Below, one piece after another: positions 20,269 to 30,142 of a stretch of 64,000 bases of DNA. The notes below the pieces were generated by a model. The model saw nothing but the letters and a program-made list of their open reading frames with translations, was not told the DNA's origin and searched no databases. The translations under genes were made by a program, and so were the position numbers. The DNA comes from Nitrospinota bacterium (lineage in GTDB: Bacteria > UBA8248): contig JASLZZ010000129.1 of assembly GCA_030754595.1 (NCBI GenBank), positions 32,001 to 96,000 on the forward strand. The letters run 5' to 3'. Each line of letters starts with the position of its first letter. Within the stretch, counting starts at the first letter, position 1.

Positions 20269-20799
20269 CTAGCTTTCGAACTCATCCAGTTCTCGCTGCA
20301 GGCGGCTCATCAAGGCATCATCTTGTCCTCCGTTCGAAGTGGGTTCTTTGAAGGCGGCCGATTCCTCATTTTTCCCCTGAGGGATTGCCGTCCAGGCTCG
20401 GACCAACACAAAAAACACGCCCAATCCGGCCAAAATCCCCGCGAATGGCAAACCCCAGGCTGTTAGATAGAATCCCTCCGCGGGCGGAGCGGGCAAAACA
20501 TTTTCCGCGCCGTATACCTCGACGAAGTATTGAAAAATTTTTTCTTTCGACTCCCCCGCCCGTGCCTTTCGGCGCACCAACTCACGCAACTGCGCACCTT
20601 CGGCGCTGGGGCAGGCCTGTAGAATTTTGCCAGGACAAACAGGGCTCATCAGCGTGTTGACGACTTCCAAATAAACACTATCGGGATCCTCGGCGGCCCT
20701 TCCATTCGTGACAGCCGCTACCGACCAAAATACTGCGGCCGCCAGCACGACGGCGAGACCCACGGACCGCCTCCTTGGAGAAAAATCTTTATTTCTCAT
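20269..20799 (-). CDS. ccmH: Cytochrome c biogenesis protein CcmH
   Basis: Signal peptide, LMSPVCPG…CPS, FVEVYG…PP, C-terminal TM; ccm operon context. Confidence 0.8.
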   Translation of the reverse strand: MRNKDFSPRRRSVGLAVVLAAAVFWSVAAVTNGRAAEDPDSVYLEVVNTLMSPVCPGKILQACPSAEGAQLRELVRRKARAGESKEKIFQYFVEVYGAENVLPAPPAEGFYLTAWGLPFAGILAGLGVFFVLVRAWTAIPQGKNEESAAFKEPTSNGGQDDALMSRLQRELDEFES

Positions 20800-20962
20800 C
20801 GGCCTGACTCTCTGGTGATTGAATCCCAGGCGCGGAGAACCCTTTTACGGAGGAGTTAGCCGAAAATTCGGCTTTAAGGCGAGCCGTTCTGGAGTAAAGG
20901 GCCCACCAGTAAAATCCCATCGCACCCAAAACGATTAGATAGGCGGCAGCCACATAGCCCAT
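20789..20962 (-). CDS. ccmD: Heme exporter protein CcmD (57 aa, not in ORF track)
   Basis: ATG immediately after the ccmC stop; MGYVAAAYLIVLGAMGFYWWALYSRTARLK, single TM then charged tail; overlaps the ccmH start. Confidence 0.8.
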   Translation of the reverse strand: MGYVAAAYLIVLGAMGFYWWALYSRTARLKAEFSANSSVKGFSAPGIQSPESQADEK

Positions 20963-21721
20963 TTAGCCCTCCCGCTCGGCGCGGACAGCCTCGAGGCGCT
21001 CATGGAGAACTTCCAGCGCCGTCCGCCGTCTCACAAAGTAGATGAACACAAGAGTAAACGCCAACAATGAAGCCCACAGAGCAATGTGCATCGGGGCGGG
21101 AAGCTCCCCCATCCCTCCCGACCGCATGATCACCGGACCGGGGTGAAGCGTCCGCCACCATTTTACCGACATATGCACAATCGGCACGTCGATGAAACCG
21201 ATGATACCGAGGACGGCCGAGAAACGCGCCCGTTGCTCTTGGTCGGTCATGTAGGAGCGAAGCATAAGGTATGCCACATAGATCAACCATAAAATCAGGG
21301 ATGTCGTCAGCCGCGCATCCCAGGTCCACCACACGCCCCATACCGGGTGCGCCCAGATCGGACCTGTGATAAGGACCAAAGTGCAGAACACCATGCCGAC
21401 CTCGGCGCAGGAATAGGCCCGGATGTCGTCGGCCGCGTTTCGCCAAATGAGATAGCGAACAGAGAATATGAACACCAGGAAAAACGCGAGGAAGGCAATC
21501 CAGGCGGAAGGGACGTGGACATAAAATATCCGTTGCGCCACTCCCTGCCGCGCCGTCGTAGCAATGAAAATATCCGCGTAAACGGCGAATGTCAGGGTAG
21601 CCACCCCCGCGAGCGCGAGCCAGCGGTTAACATTCTCCTCTCGAGTCCATACGATCATGGCGATAACAAAAAAGGACGCCAGGAAGATCAATTCATAAAG
21701 GCCCAAACGCTCATCCTCCAA
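20963..21721 (-). CDS. ccmC: Heme exporter protein CcmC
   Basis: IFYVHVP, Trp-rich motif WAHPVWGVWWTWDARLT, WWRTLHP. Confidence 0.93.
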   Translation of the reverse strand: MEDERLGLYELIFLASFFVIAMIVWTREENVNRWLALAGVATLTFAVYADIFIATTARQGVAQRIFYVHVPSAWIAFLAFFLVFIFSVRYLIWRNAADDIRAYSCAEVGMVFCTLVLITGPIWAHPVWGVWWTWDARLTTSLILWLIYVAYLMLRSYMTDQEQRARFSAVLGIIGFIDVPIVHMSVKWWRTLHPGPVIMRSGGMGELPAPMHIALWASLLAFTLVFIYFVRRRTALEVLHERLEAVRAEREG

Positions 21722-21808
21722 AAGATCAAGATGGGGAAAATGGCCAAAATCAGAAACTCTCCGAATTTAAAATTTTCCTCGCCAATCAACCACCGGACAT
21801 GGCTGCGA

Positions 21809-22492
21809 TCATTCCTCCAAAATATACTCGAACGTCACCGCCGAGGCCGCAATAAAAATCAGATCGTACGCGCCGAGCATCTTTATCCAGTCGCCCGTAT
21901 CCGCCCAGCCCGCACCGCCTAAGGCGGCAACTGTTGCTTTAACGGCGGCGATCAGCACCGGAACCAACAAGGGAAACAAAACGACGGGAAGCAAGACGTC
22001 GCGGATACGCGTCCTAGCGGTCATCGCCGCAAACAGCGTTCCAACAGCCGAAATCCCGATAGTCGCCGCAAAAGCAACAAGGGCCAGAACTCCCAGATTC
22101 TCCCACACCTTCGCCCGGTAAAATACAGCGAGAGCCATGAACCCGACCACCTCCATGACGGCAATCAAAATGAAGATGGAAATCATTTTCCCGAAAAAAA
22201 GGGCAGAGGGATCTGCCGGAGTCAGCCGCATCGCCGAAAATCCATTACTCTCTCGTTCTATCCCCATCGAACGGGACATACCAATCACGGAGGAAAATAA
22301 AAAGGCGACCCATAAAATCCCCGCCTGTATGGGCGCCTCCCCCCCACCTAATCCAGGACCGAAAGCAAAGCTGAACAAGGTCAACACGAGCAGCGCGAAA
22401 ACAAGCATAACCAAGAGGCTTTCCCGCGTCCTAAGCTCCACGCGGAGATCTTTTTCAATGACCGCCCAAATAACGGAGAAGAAAAATTTCAT
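21809..22492 (-). CDS. ccmB: Heme exporter protein CcmB
   Basis: KDLRVELR, LLPVVLFPLLVPVLI, multiple TMs. Confidence 0.9.
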   Translation of the reverse strand: MKFFFSVIWAVIEKDLRVELRTRESLLVMLVFALLVLTLFSFAFGPGLGGGEAPIQAGILWVAFLFSSVIGMSRSMGIERESNGFSAMRLTPADPSALFFGKMISIFILIAVMEVVGFMALAVFYRAKVWENLGVLALVAFAATIGISAVGTLFAAMTARTRIRDVLLPVVLFPLLVPVLIAAVKATVAALGGAGWADTGDWIKMLGAYDLIFIAASAVTFEYILEE

Positions 22493-23212
22493 TCACCCTC
22501 CCTCCCCCAGTGCCGCCGAGACCATCTCGACGGATGTCTCGCAGGAAGGCGCCCGAAGCACCACCTCCCCTTTGGAGAGGACCACAACATTATCAGACAA
22601 GCTAAGCGCACGCGGAATATCGTGTTCGGTCAGCAAAAAACTCCGGGGAGCGCCGTCTTCGAACCTTCCTTCACCCGAAAAATCCCGGAGGATAGATTCC
22701 AATCCGGCGGCGGCCACCTGGTCGAGCCCCGCAAACGGCTCGTCCAACAGGAAAAACTCCGGTTCATGGAGCATGGCCCGGGCCAAAGCCGCCCGCTGGC
22801 GAAGACCCTGGCTCAGCGTGTTGATTGGCTCGTTCAGGCGTTCACTAATACCCAGGACCTCGGCAAACCGCTCGCACCGCCCTGCCACCACCTCCTCTGG
22901 AAGACAAAAGAGCCTGGCGAAAAATTCGAGATTCTCTCTCAGTGTAAGGGAGGGGTACATTAGGGGATCGTGCCCGAGGAGTCCGATTCTCGCCCGATCC
23001 CTGGTGGACACTGGGTTTCCAGAGATGAGAACTTCCCCCTTGTTGGGCCGGAGCAGCCCGGAAAGAATCCGGAGAAGGGTCGTCTTTCCGGATCCATTTG
23101 CCCCGAGAAGCGCAACCCGGCTACCCCGCTCAAGGGAAAAATTCACCTCTCGGAGAGCCCACCGCCACCCAAACCGGCGTGAGACGCCAACCGCTTCCAG
23201 GTTTGCGAGCAT
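22493..23212 (-). CDS. ccmA: Heme exporter ATP-binding protein CcmA
   Basis: GANGSGKTT, LSQGLRQR, LLDEPF; adjacent to ccmB. Confidence 0.88.
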   Translation of the reverse strand: MLANLEAVGVSRRFGWRWALREVNFSLERGSRVALLGANGSGKTTLLRILSGLLRPNKGEVLISGNPVSTRDRARIGLLGHDPLMYPSLTLRENLEFFARLFCLPEEVVAGRCERFAEVLGISERLNEPINTLSQGLRQRAALARAMLHEPEFFLLDEPFAGLDQVAAAGLESILRDFSGEGRFEDGAPRSFLLTEHDIPRALSLSDNVVVLSKGEVVLRAPSCETSVEMVSAALGEGG

Positions 23213-24181
23213 CTAGCGGGAAATCTCCCTGAGACGCTCGAAACGGGAAACCCGGACGGACTCAAACTCGCTGTCGGAGATTTCCCCCTGCGCCCGGCGG
23301 TCGTCGAGGGCCGCGATGGCGCGGACAAGCTCGTCCCGCTTCGCCTGAAGGGTCAACTCCTGCTTCCTCCTTCCGCGAATCCAGAAGGCCAGCCCAGTGC
23401 CGAGGATAAAAACACCTCCCCCGGCAGCGAAAAAATAATAAATTCCGCCCCCCGAATCCGGCGCCTTGAGGGCAAAACGGACCACACCTCCCGATCGGGA
23501 GGCGGTGGCATAGGACTCGTACTCACCGTCCTGGAACTTAACCGGATTGGCAACGATAAAACCCTCGGCCTCCACCTGCACCCGGTCTTTTTCGGGGAGA
23601 AGGGCGAAGCTCGGAGTGCCATAAACGATGGGGCGCTCGACGAAGATACCCCCGAACTCATCCGCTAGACGATAGAACAGGCCGACTAGCTTCATCCCGG
23701 GCGGGATCGGCTCGGTCGATAAAATCTCCTCGCCCGCCCATTGGACATTCTTCGGATCGAGGCCCTGCACCGGAGCGGTCAGCTCCGCTCTCGGATTGCG
23801 AATGTTGTTGCTCTTCGGGAGTGCGAATCGCAGCGTCGGCGCGCCTCCCTTCGAAACGATAGTTTTTTTCCCCCGATTCTCGAACATGAAGATTTCACGA
23901 ACCTCAAAAAATCCCTTGGCCAGGCGGGCAAACAGGAGGTTCCGAGAGAGGGTGAGCCGGGAGGTGTCCGTCGTTGTCCCGCCCGTAGGTGCCAGCGAGC
24001 CGGGGGCCTTTTCCGGGGACGCGGTAGTTGATGGGGAGCCGGGGGCTTTTCGGGGCTGCGCGGCCGTTGATGGGGATGTCTTGTCCGCCGGGGCGGAGAA
24101 GGCGAAAATTTCGATCCCGAACGACGCAAAAAGGAATACCGACACAAATACAATGGCTTGTCTAATATTCCAACTATTCAC
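23213..24181 (-). CDS. Hypothetical exported protein with C-terminal TM and SHOCT-like tail, inside the ccm operon
   Basis: Signal peptide, S/T/P-rich linker, beta-rich domain, TM, IAALDDRRAQGEISDSEF. Confidence 0.7.
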   Translation of the reverse strand: MNSWNIRQAIVFVSVFLFASFGIEIFAFSAPADKTSPSTAAQPRKAPGSPSTTASPEKAPGSLAPTGGTTTDTSRLTLSRNLLFARLAKGFFEVREIFMFENRGKKTIVSKGGAPTLRFALPKSNNIRNPRAELTAPVQGLDPKNVQWAGEEILSTEPIPPGMKLVGLFYRLADEFGGIFVERPIVYGTPSFALLPEKDRVQVEAEGFIVANPVKFQDGEYESYATASRSGGVVRFALKAPDSGGGIYYFFAAGGGVFILGTGLAFWIRGRRKQELTLQAKRDELVRAIAALDDRRAQGEISDSEFESVRVSRFERLREISR

Positions 24182-24253
24182 TTTAATTTACTCCCGCAAC
24201 CTGTGAAAAATCACGACCCTTTCCGGCCTGCACCCCGCGAACGTTCCAATGAT

Positions 24254-24922
24254 TCACTTTAACTTACTCCCGCAACCGGGGCAAAATTTATGGCTTTTCT
24301 CGGCCCGTGCCCCGCACTCCGGGCAAAACTCCGCCTTTTCATCCACTTCGGCGGATTCTTCTACGGCGGAGCCCGGCCCATCGAGCTGAATCCCACCCTC
24401 CACCTTCTCATCCACACCGGCGGAGCCCTGCCCGGCGGAGCCCTTCGGCGGCAGGACCTTCCTGTGGCGCAGGATTTCAGCCTCGAGCCTCTCGTCGATG
24501 CGTTCCTCCTCGCTCGGGGCCGAGCCCGCCCTGGCGGTGAAAGGCGTCAATTTCGGGTCCAGGGCGGCGTCCACCGCCTCGCCCTCGCCGAGATAGGCGG
24601 GGACCATTCCCTCCTTCACCCCGCAGGCCTCAAGGCGCCTCAGGGCGTTCAGCGCCCCCGACCGCGCCCGGCCAATCATCTCCCCATAATCCTCCTCCGA
24701 GAGCTTACCCATCTCCCGGTCCATGTCGATCTCCCGGATGTTGCGGTAGGCCTGCTCCCGCTCGATCAGCAGCCGCGCGATCTCCACTCCCGCCGCGTCG
24801 GCGGCGTCGGCCTCGCCGCTTCCTCCGGTCCCCGCCACGGCCGGACGGCCGAGGGGCCAGAGCGCATACGCAAACGCGGCCAAAATTATCGCCGCAACGC
24901 CGATCAGGCCCAGAGTCTCCAT
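24254..24922 (-). CDS. CcmI-like N-terminal segment fused to a zinc ribbon
   Basis: TM ending LWPL, IREIDMDREMGKLSEEDY, C-terminal CPECG…FCPGCG. Confidence 0.7.
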   Translation of the reverse strand: METLGLIGVAAIILAAFAYALWPLGRPAVAGTGGSGEADAADAAGVEIARLLIEREQAYRNIREIDMDREMGKLSEEDYGEMIGRARSGALNALRRLEACGVKEGMVPAYLGEGEAVDAALDPKLTPFTARAGSAPSEEERIDERLEAEILRHRKVLPPKGSAGQGSAGVDEKVEGGIQLDGPGSAVEESAEVDEKAEFCPECGARAEKSHKFCPGCGSKLK

Positions 24923-24925
24923 CCC

Positions 24926-26905
24926 CTAGGCTCCTGCCGCGGTGGGCTTCGCCCGCCGCCGCCGGCCCCACCGCTCCGGCAAAAAGCACACGATCGTCCC
25001 GAGGGTGAAAACGTAGCCCCCGGCCCATATCCAGTTAATAAGGGGGTTAATCATGAACTTAAAGGTCGCCGAGCCATCCTCGTCCACATCGGCGAACACC
25101 GCGTAAATGTCCTCGGTAAAACCATAGCGGATTCCCGCCTCCGTCGTCGGCTGGGGCGGGGTGAAATAGAGACGCTTTTCGGCCTCGATCTCCCCCAGCC
25201 GGGCGCCCTTCTTGAAGACCGCGAGGCGGGCGAACGCCGATTGGTACTGAGGCGATCGCTCCTGGCGAACTCCCTCGTACTTGAACCGCGTCCCCTCCAT
25301 CTCAAAACTCTGGCCCAGCGAGAGACGGACCTCGCCCACCTGCTGATAGGCCGACGAGGCGGCCACCCCGATGAAAATCAGGGCCATCGCAAAGTGGACG
25401 ATGTAGCCCCCGAAGCGCCGTTTGTTGCGCATCGTCAGCTCCCAGGCGGCCGCGAAAATCCCGTCGCCCTGGTGGCGCCGCCGCGCCGAGATCCCCCGGT
25501 AGTATTCGAGGAAAATCGTCGCGATCATAAAGATGCAAAGCGAGAAGGCGAGGACCGCATAAACGTGCCTCACCCCGAGAGTCACCAGCGCCGCCAGCGA
25601 GGCCAGGGCGACGATGACGGGATAGGTGAAATTCTTCCGGAGCATCTTCGTCGAGGCCCGCCTCCAGGCGAGGAGCGGCGAGACGCCCGCCAGGAGTATC
25701 AGCAACAGCCCGATGGGCACATTCACCTGATTGAAAAACGGGGGGCCTACCGTTACCTTCACCCCTTTCACCGCCTCGCTGAGCACCGGGAACATCGTCC
25801 CCCAGAAAACAGAGAAAGTCATGCCGACGAGGACAACATTGTTCAAAAGAAAACTCGCCTCGCGCGAGAAAAAACTCTCCATCTCGTGTTCGCTCTTGAG
25901 CATGGGGAGCCGCCAGATCACCAGACCGAAACCGAAGATCAGGGTAATGACGATGTAGGCCAGGAACACCCAGCCGAAGCTGCTGCTCGCGAAGGCGTGA
26001 ACGCTCGAGATGATGCCGCTGCGGGTGATGAACGTGCCAAACAGGGTGAGCGCATAGGTGATGATGATCAGCGAGACGTTCCAGACCTTCAGCATCCCCC
26101 GCTTTTCCTGAATCATCACCGAATGAAGAAAAGCCGTCCCCATGAGCCAGGGCATCAGGCTGGCATTCTCCACCGGGTCCCACGCCCAGTAGCCTCCCCA
26201 GCCGAGCTCGCGGTAGGCCCAGGCGCCGCCGAGCAGAATCCCCATCCCGTTAAAAAACCAGGCCGTGAGCGTCCAGCGCCGGGTGGTGGATATCCAGGCG
26301 GAATCGAGCTTTCCGGACACGAGGGCCCCGACGCAAAACGCAAAGGGAACCGCGAAACCCACATACCCCAAAAAAAGATTCGGCGGGTGAATCACCATCC
26401 CCCAGTCCTGAAGCAGCGGATTGAGCCCCTGCCCGTTCAGGGGCGGGTTCGGCAGGGTATCGAAGGGGGGAGTCACGAAATTCAGGATTGTCATGAAGAA
26501 GGCGGCCGTCACCATGAGCGTCGCCGTAACGTAGGGCATCAACTCGATGTTCCGGTGGCGGTTTTGCCGCAGGACGATGAACGCGAATATGCAAAGCAGA
26601 AGCAGCCAGAAGAGAAGGCTACCCTTCTGCCCTCCCCATAGGCCGCTGAACCGGTAGAAGGCATTCAGATTGTTGTCCACGATACTGGTGACGTATTCGA
26701 CTCGGTAGTCCCGGACGAGCAGCAAGACGACGAGGCTGGCGCTCGCCGCCGATACCAGCGCGAATACGGCGGTGGCGGCGTTGCGACCGGCGGAGATGAG
26801 TTCCGGCCGTTTTTTCAGGCCGCCCCAAACCGAGGCGGCGGCGCTGAACAAAGCAAGGACATAGGCGGCCCAGAGACCGTAGTGTCCGAGTTCAATCAGG
26901 AACAT
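24926..26905 (-). CDS. ccmF: Cytochrome c heme lyase CcmF
   Basis: WGGQKGSLLFW, NPLLQ, IHPP, WAYRELGWGGYWAWDPVENASL, SVHAF. Confidence 0.96.
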   Translation of the reverse strand: MFLIELGHYGLWAAYVLALFSAAASVWGGLKKRPELISAGRNAATAVFALVSAASASLVVLLLVRDYRVEYVTSIVDNNLNAFYRFSGLWGGQKGSLLFWLLLLCIFAFIVLRQNRHRNIELMPYVTATLMVTAAFFMTILNFVTPPFDTLPNPPLNGQGLNPLLQDWGMVIHPPNLFLGYVGFAVPFAFCVGALVSGKLDSAWISTTRRWTLTAWFFNGMGILLGGAWAYRELGWGGYWAWDPVENASLMPWLMGTAFLHSVMIQEKRGMLKVWNVSLIIITYALTLFGTFITRSGIISSVHAFASSSFGWVFLAYIVITLIFGFGLVIWRLPMLKSEHEMESFFSREASFLLNNVVLVGMTFSVFWGTMFPVLSEAVKGVKVTVGPPFFNQVNVPIGLLLILLAGVSPLLAWRRASTKMLRKNFTYPVIVALASLAALVTLGVRHVYAVLAFSLCIFMIATIFLEYYRGISARRRHQGDGIFAAAWELTMRNKRRFGGYIVHFAMALIFIGVAASSAYQQVGEVRLSLGQSFEMEGTRFKYEGVRQERSPQYQSAFARLAVFKKGARLGEIEAEKRLYFTPPQPTTEAGIRYGFTEDIYAVFADVDEDGSATFKFMINPLINWIWAGGYVFTLGTIVCFLPERWGRRRRAKPTAAGA

Positions 26906-26974
26906 CGAGTAGCTCCCTGGGCAATTTGTATGCCGGAAATAATAACCGCGCCGGGCAACCGGTGCGGTGGAGGG

Positions 26975-27451
26975 CTAGTTTTTCGATTCGGTCTTTTTCG
27001 CCGCAATATCAATGAGCTTCAAATGATCGGCAGCGTCCGGGACTTCCTCTCCCGCCTTCTTCATCTCCGTGAATTTCGAAGGGCAGGCCACCATCAGGTT
27101 TTTCGCCACGAGAACCCCTTGGGCGTTGATTTTTCCCTCGGCGATGACGGGAAACCCGTTTTCAAGGAGGTCGGGCGGAACCCCGGTGTAATTCACAGGA
27201 AGAACCGCATTTTTCCCCTGAAGGCTGAACGAAAGGAGCATGGCCTCCGAATTCCGCGAGAGGGAGTGGGGAACGAGCTTTCCCTCCACCCGGATTCCCT
27301 GCCCCGAAAGGCTTTGGCCCTTATCCGCGATTTCATCGACCGTCAGGAAGTAGGAAAGGTTTTCGCTCTGGAAACTTGTGAAAAACAAAAAGAGAAACGC
27401 GCTGAGAAGGACAGCCCCAGCGATAAGGAATTTTATCCGATTTACGTTCAT
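26975..27451 (-). CDS. ccmE: Heme chaperone CcmE, Cys-type
   Basis: N-terminal TM, YFLTVDE, IRVEG, VNYTGVPPDL, CPSKF; first gene of the ccm operon. Confidence 0.88.
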   Translation of the reverse strand: MNVNRIKFLIAGAVLLSAFLFLFFTSFQSENLSYFLTVDEIADKGQSLSGQGIRVEGKLVPHSLSRNSEAMLLSFSLQGKNAVLPVNYTGVPPDLLENGFPVIAEGKINAQGVLVAKNLMVACPSKFTEMKKAGEEVPDAADHLKLIDIAAKKTESKN

Positions 27452-27600
27452 TCATGCCCCCGGTGCAGGACTCCGATTAAAAGCGGCAGTAACCTCTCCT
27501 TAAAGAATACGTTTCAAAACCTTATCTTTCAACAGGAAACCGGAAAAATCGGGAAAATATTCCTCTTCTCCGGACGGAATCCGGAAATCGGCGACCTGCA

Positions 27601-27646
27601 AAAAAACGACCCCCGGCTCGCCGGCGCATCGGCAAGCCGGGGGTCG
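27601..27646 (-). terminator. Rho-independent terminator after ilvC
   Basis: Minus strand CGACCCCCGGCT…AGCCGGGGGTCG followed by TTTTTT. Confidence 0.8.
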
Positions 27647-27671
27647 AATTCCACGCTTTCGGCGATCGGGA

Positions 27672-28703
27672 TTACTTGACCTCCCGCTCCTCGATCCAGG
27701 GCATCATCGCCCGGAGACGGGCGCCGACGACCTCGATGGGATGCTCCTTTTCCTTGCGGACCACGGTGTTGAACGTGGGCCGGCCCACCATGTTCTCGTT
27801 AATCCACTCGCCGGCGAAATCGCCCGATTGAATTTCCTGGAGAATTCCCTTCATGCGCTCGCGGGTTCCCTCGTCGATCACCCTCTTCCCGCGCGTGATG
27901 TCGCCGTACTCGGCGGTGTCCGAGACCGAGTAGCGCATCATCGTGATGCCGCCCTGGTAGATGAGATCGGTGATGAGTTTCACCTCGTGGAGGCACTCGA
28001 AATAGGCCAGCGCCGGCTGATAGCCCGCCTCGACCAGCGTTTCGAACGCCGCCCGGATGAGCTCGGAGATTCCGCCGCAAAGGACGGCCTGCTCCCCGAA
28101 AAGGTCGGTCTCGGTCTCCTCCTCGATGGTGGTTTCGATGATGCCGGCCCGCGCGCAGCCCACCGCCTTGCCGTAGGCGAGCGCGTAGTCCCGCGCCTTG
28201 CCGGTGGCGTCCTGGAACACCGCCACCAGGCCGGGAACGCCGCGGCCGTCCTCGTACTGAAACCGCATGGTGTGGCCCGGGCTCTTGGGCGCGATCATCA
28301 CCACGTCGATATTGTCGGCCGGGATAATCTGACCATAGTTCAGGTTGAAACCGTGCGCGACGACGAAGGCGTCGCCGTCCTTCATGTTGGGCTCGATGTC
28401 GTTTTTCCAGATACCTGACTGGAGATGGTCCTGGGTCAGCATGACTACCATGTCGCCCGCCTTCGCCGCCTCGGCGGTCTCCATCACCTCGAGGCCGTCG
28501 TCCTCGGCCTGTTTCCACCGGGCGGAGGTTTTGCGGAGGCCGACCACCACCTTGGCCCCGCTGTCCTGGCAGTTGAGGGCGTGCGCCCGGCCCTGGCTGC
28601 CGTAGCCGATGACTGCGATGGTCCTGTCCTGAAGCAAGTTCAGGTCGGCATCGGCGTCGTAGTAGATTTTCAGATCTTTCAGAAGTTCATCGGAATTGGT
28701 CAT
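27672..28703 (-). CDS. ilvC: Ketol-acid reductoisomerase
   Basis: [48 protein letters not shown]. Confidence 0.96.
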   Translation of the reverse strand: MTNSDELLKDLKIYYDADADLNLLQDRTIAVIGYGSQGRAHALNCQDSGAKVVVGLRKTSARWKQAEDDGLEVMETAEAAKAGDMVVMLTQDHLQSGIWKNDIEPNMKDGDAFVVAHGFNLNYGQIIPADNIDVVMIAPKSPGHTMRFQYEDGRGVPGLVAVFQDATGKARDYALAYGKAVGCARAGIIETTIEEETETDLFGEQAVLCGGISELIRAAFETLVEAGYQPALAYFECLHEVKLITDLIYQGGITMMRYSVSDTAEYGDITRGKRVIDEGTRERMKGILQEIQSGDFAGEWINENMVGRPTFNTVVRKEKEHPIEVVGARLRAMMPWIEEREVK

Positions 28704-28946
28704 GACTTTCGCCCCTTCGGCTGTTCGAAAAAGAAATCCACAGCGCGCGCCGATAAGGGCGAGCGCATCGCCATATCGCAGGATAGGCCCTGAAAAATGA
28801 CGGTCTAATCTAGGGACCGTAGACGAGGGTGTCAAGGCGGAACGAGGGCCTTGATGCTTCCGCCCGTTACCCCTTATGGTGGCTCTTGACCTGAGGTTTC
28901 ACCGGTTTCCGCCCCCACGGCCCTACCCTATCGGTCAGGAGCGAAT

Positions 28947-29996
28947 ATGTCCCGTTCTTCGAGTATTCTCCGGATCTCCCGGACACTCGCCGCCCCCGCT
29001 TTCCTGATCTGCGCCCTCTTCGCGGCGGCCCTGCTCGCCCCGCCTCCCACAGCTGCCGCCGATCGGGTGACCATCGTGCTCAACTGGCTCCCGGGAGGGG
29101 CCCATGTGCCCATCTATTATGCGCGGGACGCCGGCTTTTATAAGAAAGCGGGAATAGAGGTCGAAATCCGGAGTTCGCGGGGCAGCCGGGAGGCACTGAG
29201 CGCTCTGGGCGCGGGCAAGGCCCAGTTCGCCATCACCGAGGCGGCCGAGCTCTTCTCCAGGCGGGCCGACGGCCTCAAGCCGGTGGGGGTGATGGCCTAT
29301 TTCAACAAAAGCCCGAACGCCGTGTTGGCGCTCAATGGCTCGGGGATCCGCCGCATCGCCGATCTGGCCGGAAAGCGGATCGCCGCCCCGCGATCTTCAT
29401 TGCCGCGGATACTGTTTCCCCGGCTGGCGGGCGAGGGAAAAATCAACCTGAAGGAAGTGCACTGGGTCAGCCTGGCGCCCGCCGAGCTGATGCCGGCGCT
29501 GATCGCGGGAAAGGTCGATGCCGTCGCCTCCTCCACGATGGTCGCTCATCAGTACCGCGTCGCCGCCTCGAAAAAAGGGGGAGCGCTCTCCGTCCTCCCC
29601 CTCGCCGACGCCGGCGTGAACATCTACTCGCTCGTCCTCGCGGCGCCGAAGGCCTTCATCACCAAGAAACCCGGGCTGGCGAAATCCTTCGTCCGGGCTA
29701 CGGCCGAGGGAGTGGCCGCCGCCCTTGAACGCCCGGGCGCGGCCCTTAAAATCTTCCTCAAGGCGAATCCGGCCGCCATCCGGCCCCGGGCCCGCGCCGA
29801 GTGGCGGGTGGCGCACTCGCTCATTTATCCGCTCGAGGCGCGGCGCTCGCCCCTCGGGCGATTTGAGCGGAGCCGCATCGAGGAGATGAGGAAAATCCTC
29901 ACCCGGATCAGGAATCTCAGGACCGTTTTATCGTCCATCGACGTCTACTCGAACGAACTCGTGCCCGCGCTCAGGCCGCGTCCCGGAGCCCTCTAG
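28947..29996 (+). CDS. NMT1/THI5-like ABC substrate-binding protein
   Basis: Signal peptide, LNWLPGGAHVPIYYA…GFYKKAGIEV, DLAGKRI, GKVDA. Confidence 0.82.
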   Translation: MSRSSSILRISRTLAAPAFLICALFAAALLAPPPTAAADRVTIVLNWLPGGAHVPIYYARDAGFYKKAGIEVEIRSSRGSREALSALGAGKAQFAITEAAELFSRRADGLKPVGVMAYFNKSPNAVLALNGSGIRRIADLAGKRIAAPRSSLPRILFPRLAGEGKINLKEVHWVSLAPAELMPALIAGKVDAVASSTMVAHQYRVAASKKGGALSVLPLADAGVNIYSLVLAAPKAFITKKPGLAKSFVRATAEGVAAALERPGAALKIFLKANPAAIRPRARAEWRVAHSLIYPLEARRSPLGRFERSRIEEMRKILTRIRNLRTVLSSIDVYSNELVPALRPRPGAL

Positions 29997-30021
29997 GGGC
30001 GCTCCCTCCGGGAGGGGGGCA

Positions 30022-30058
30022 TAAAAAGGCCGAAGGCTATTAGCCCCCGACCTTTTTA
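30022..30058. terminator. Bidirectional terminator between convergent genes
   Basis: TAAAAAGG…CCTTTTTA flanking an imperfect GC stem. Confidence 0.55.
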
Positions 30059-30142
30059 GCACTGGTTCGTTTCGTTTACCGGCCCGGCATGGGGCCGTCC
30101 CTCTCATCCCGGGGTATCTCTCGCCCTACCGCGCAGGCCTCA

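Noticed and set aside
24290..26641. 783-aa plus-strand ORF
   Set aside because: Antisense shadow of ccmF and its neighbour. High GC suppresses stops and the translation has no motifs.
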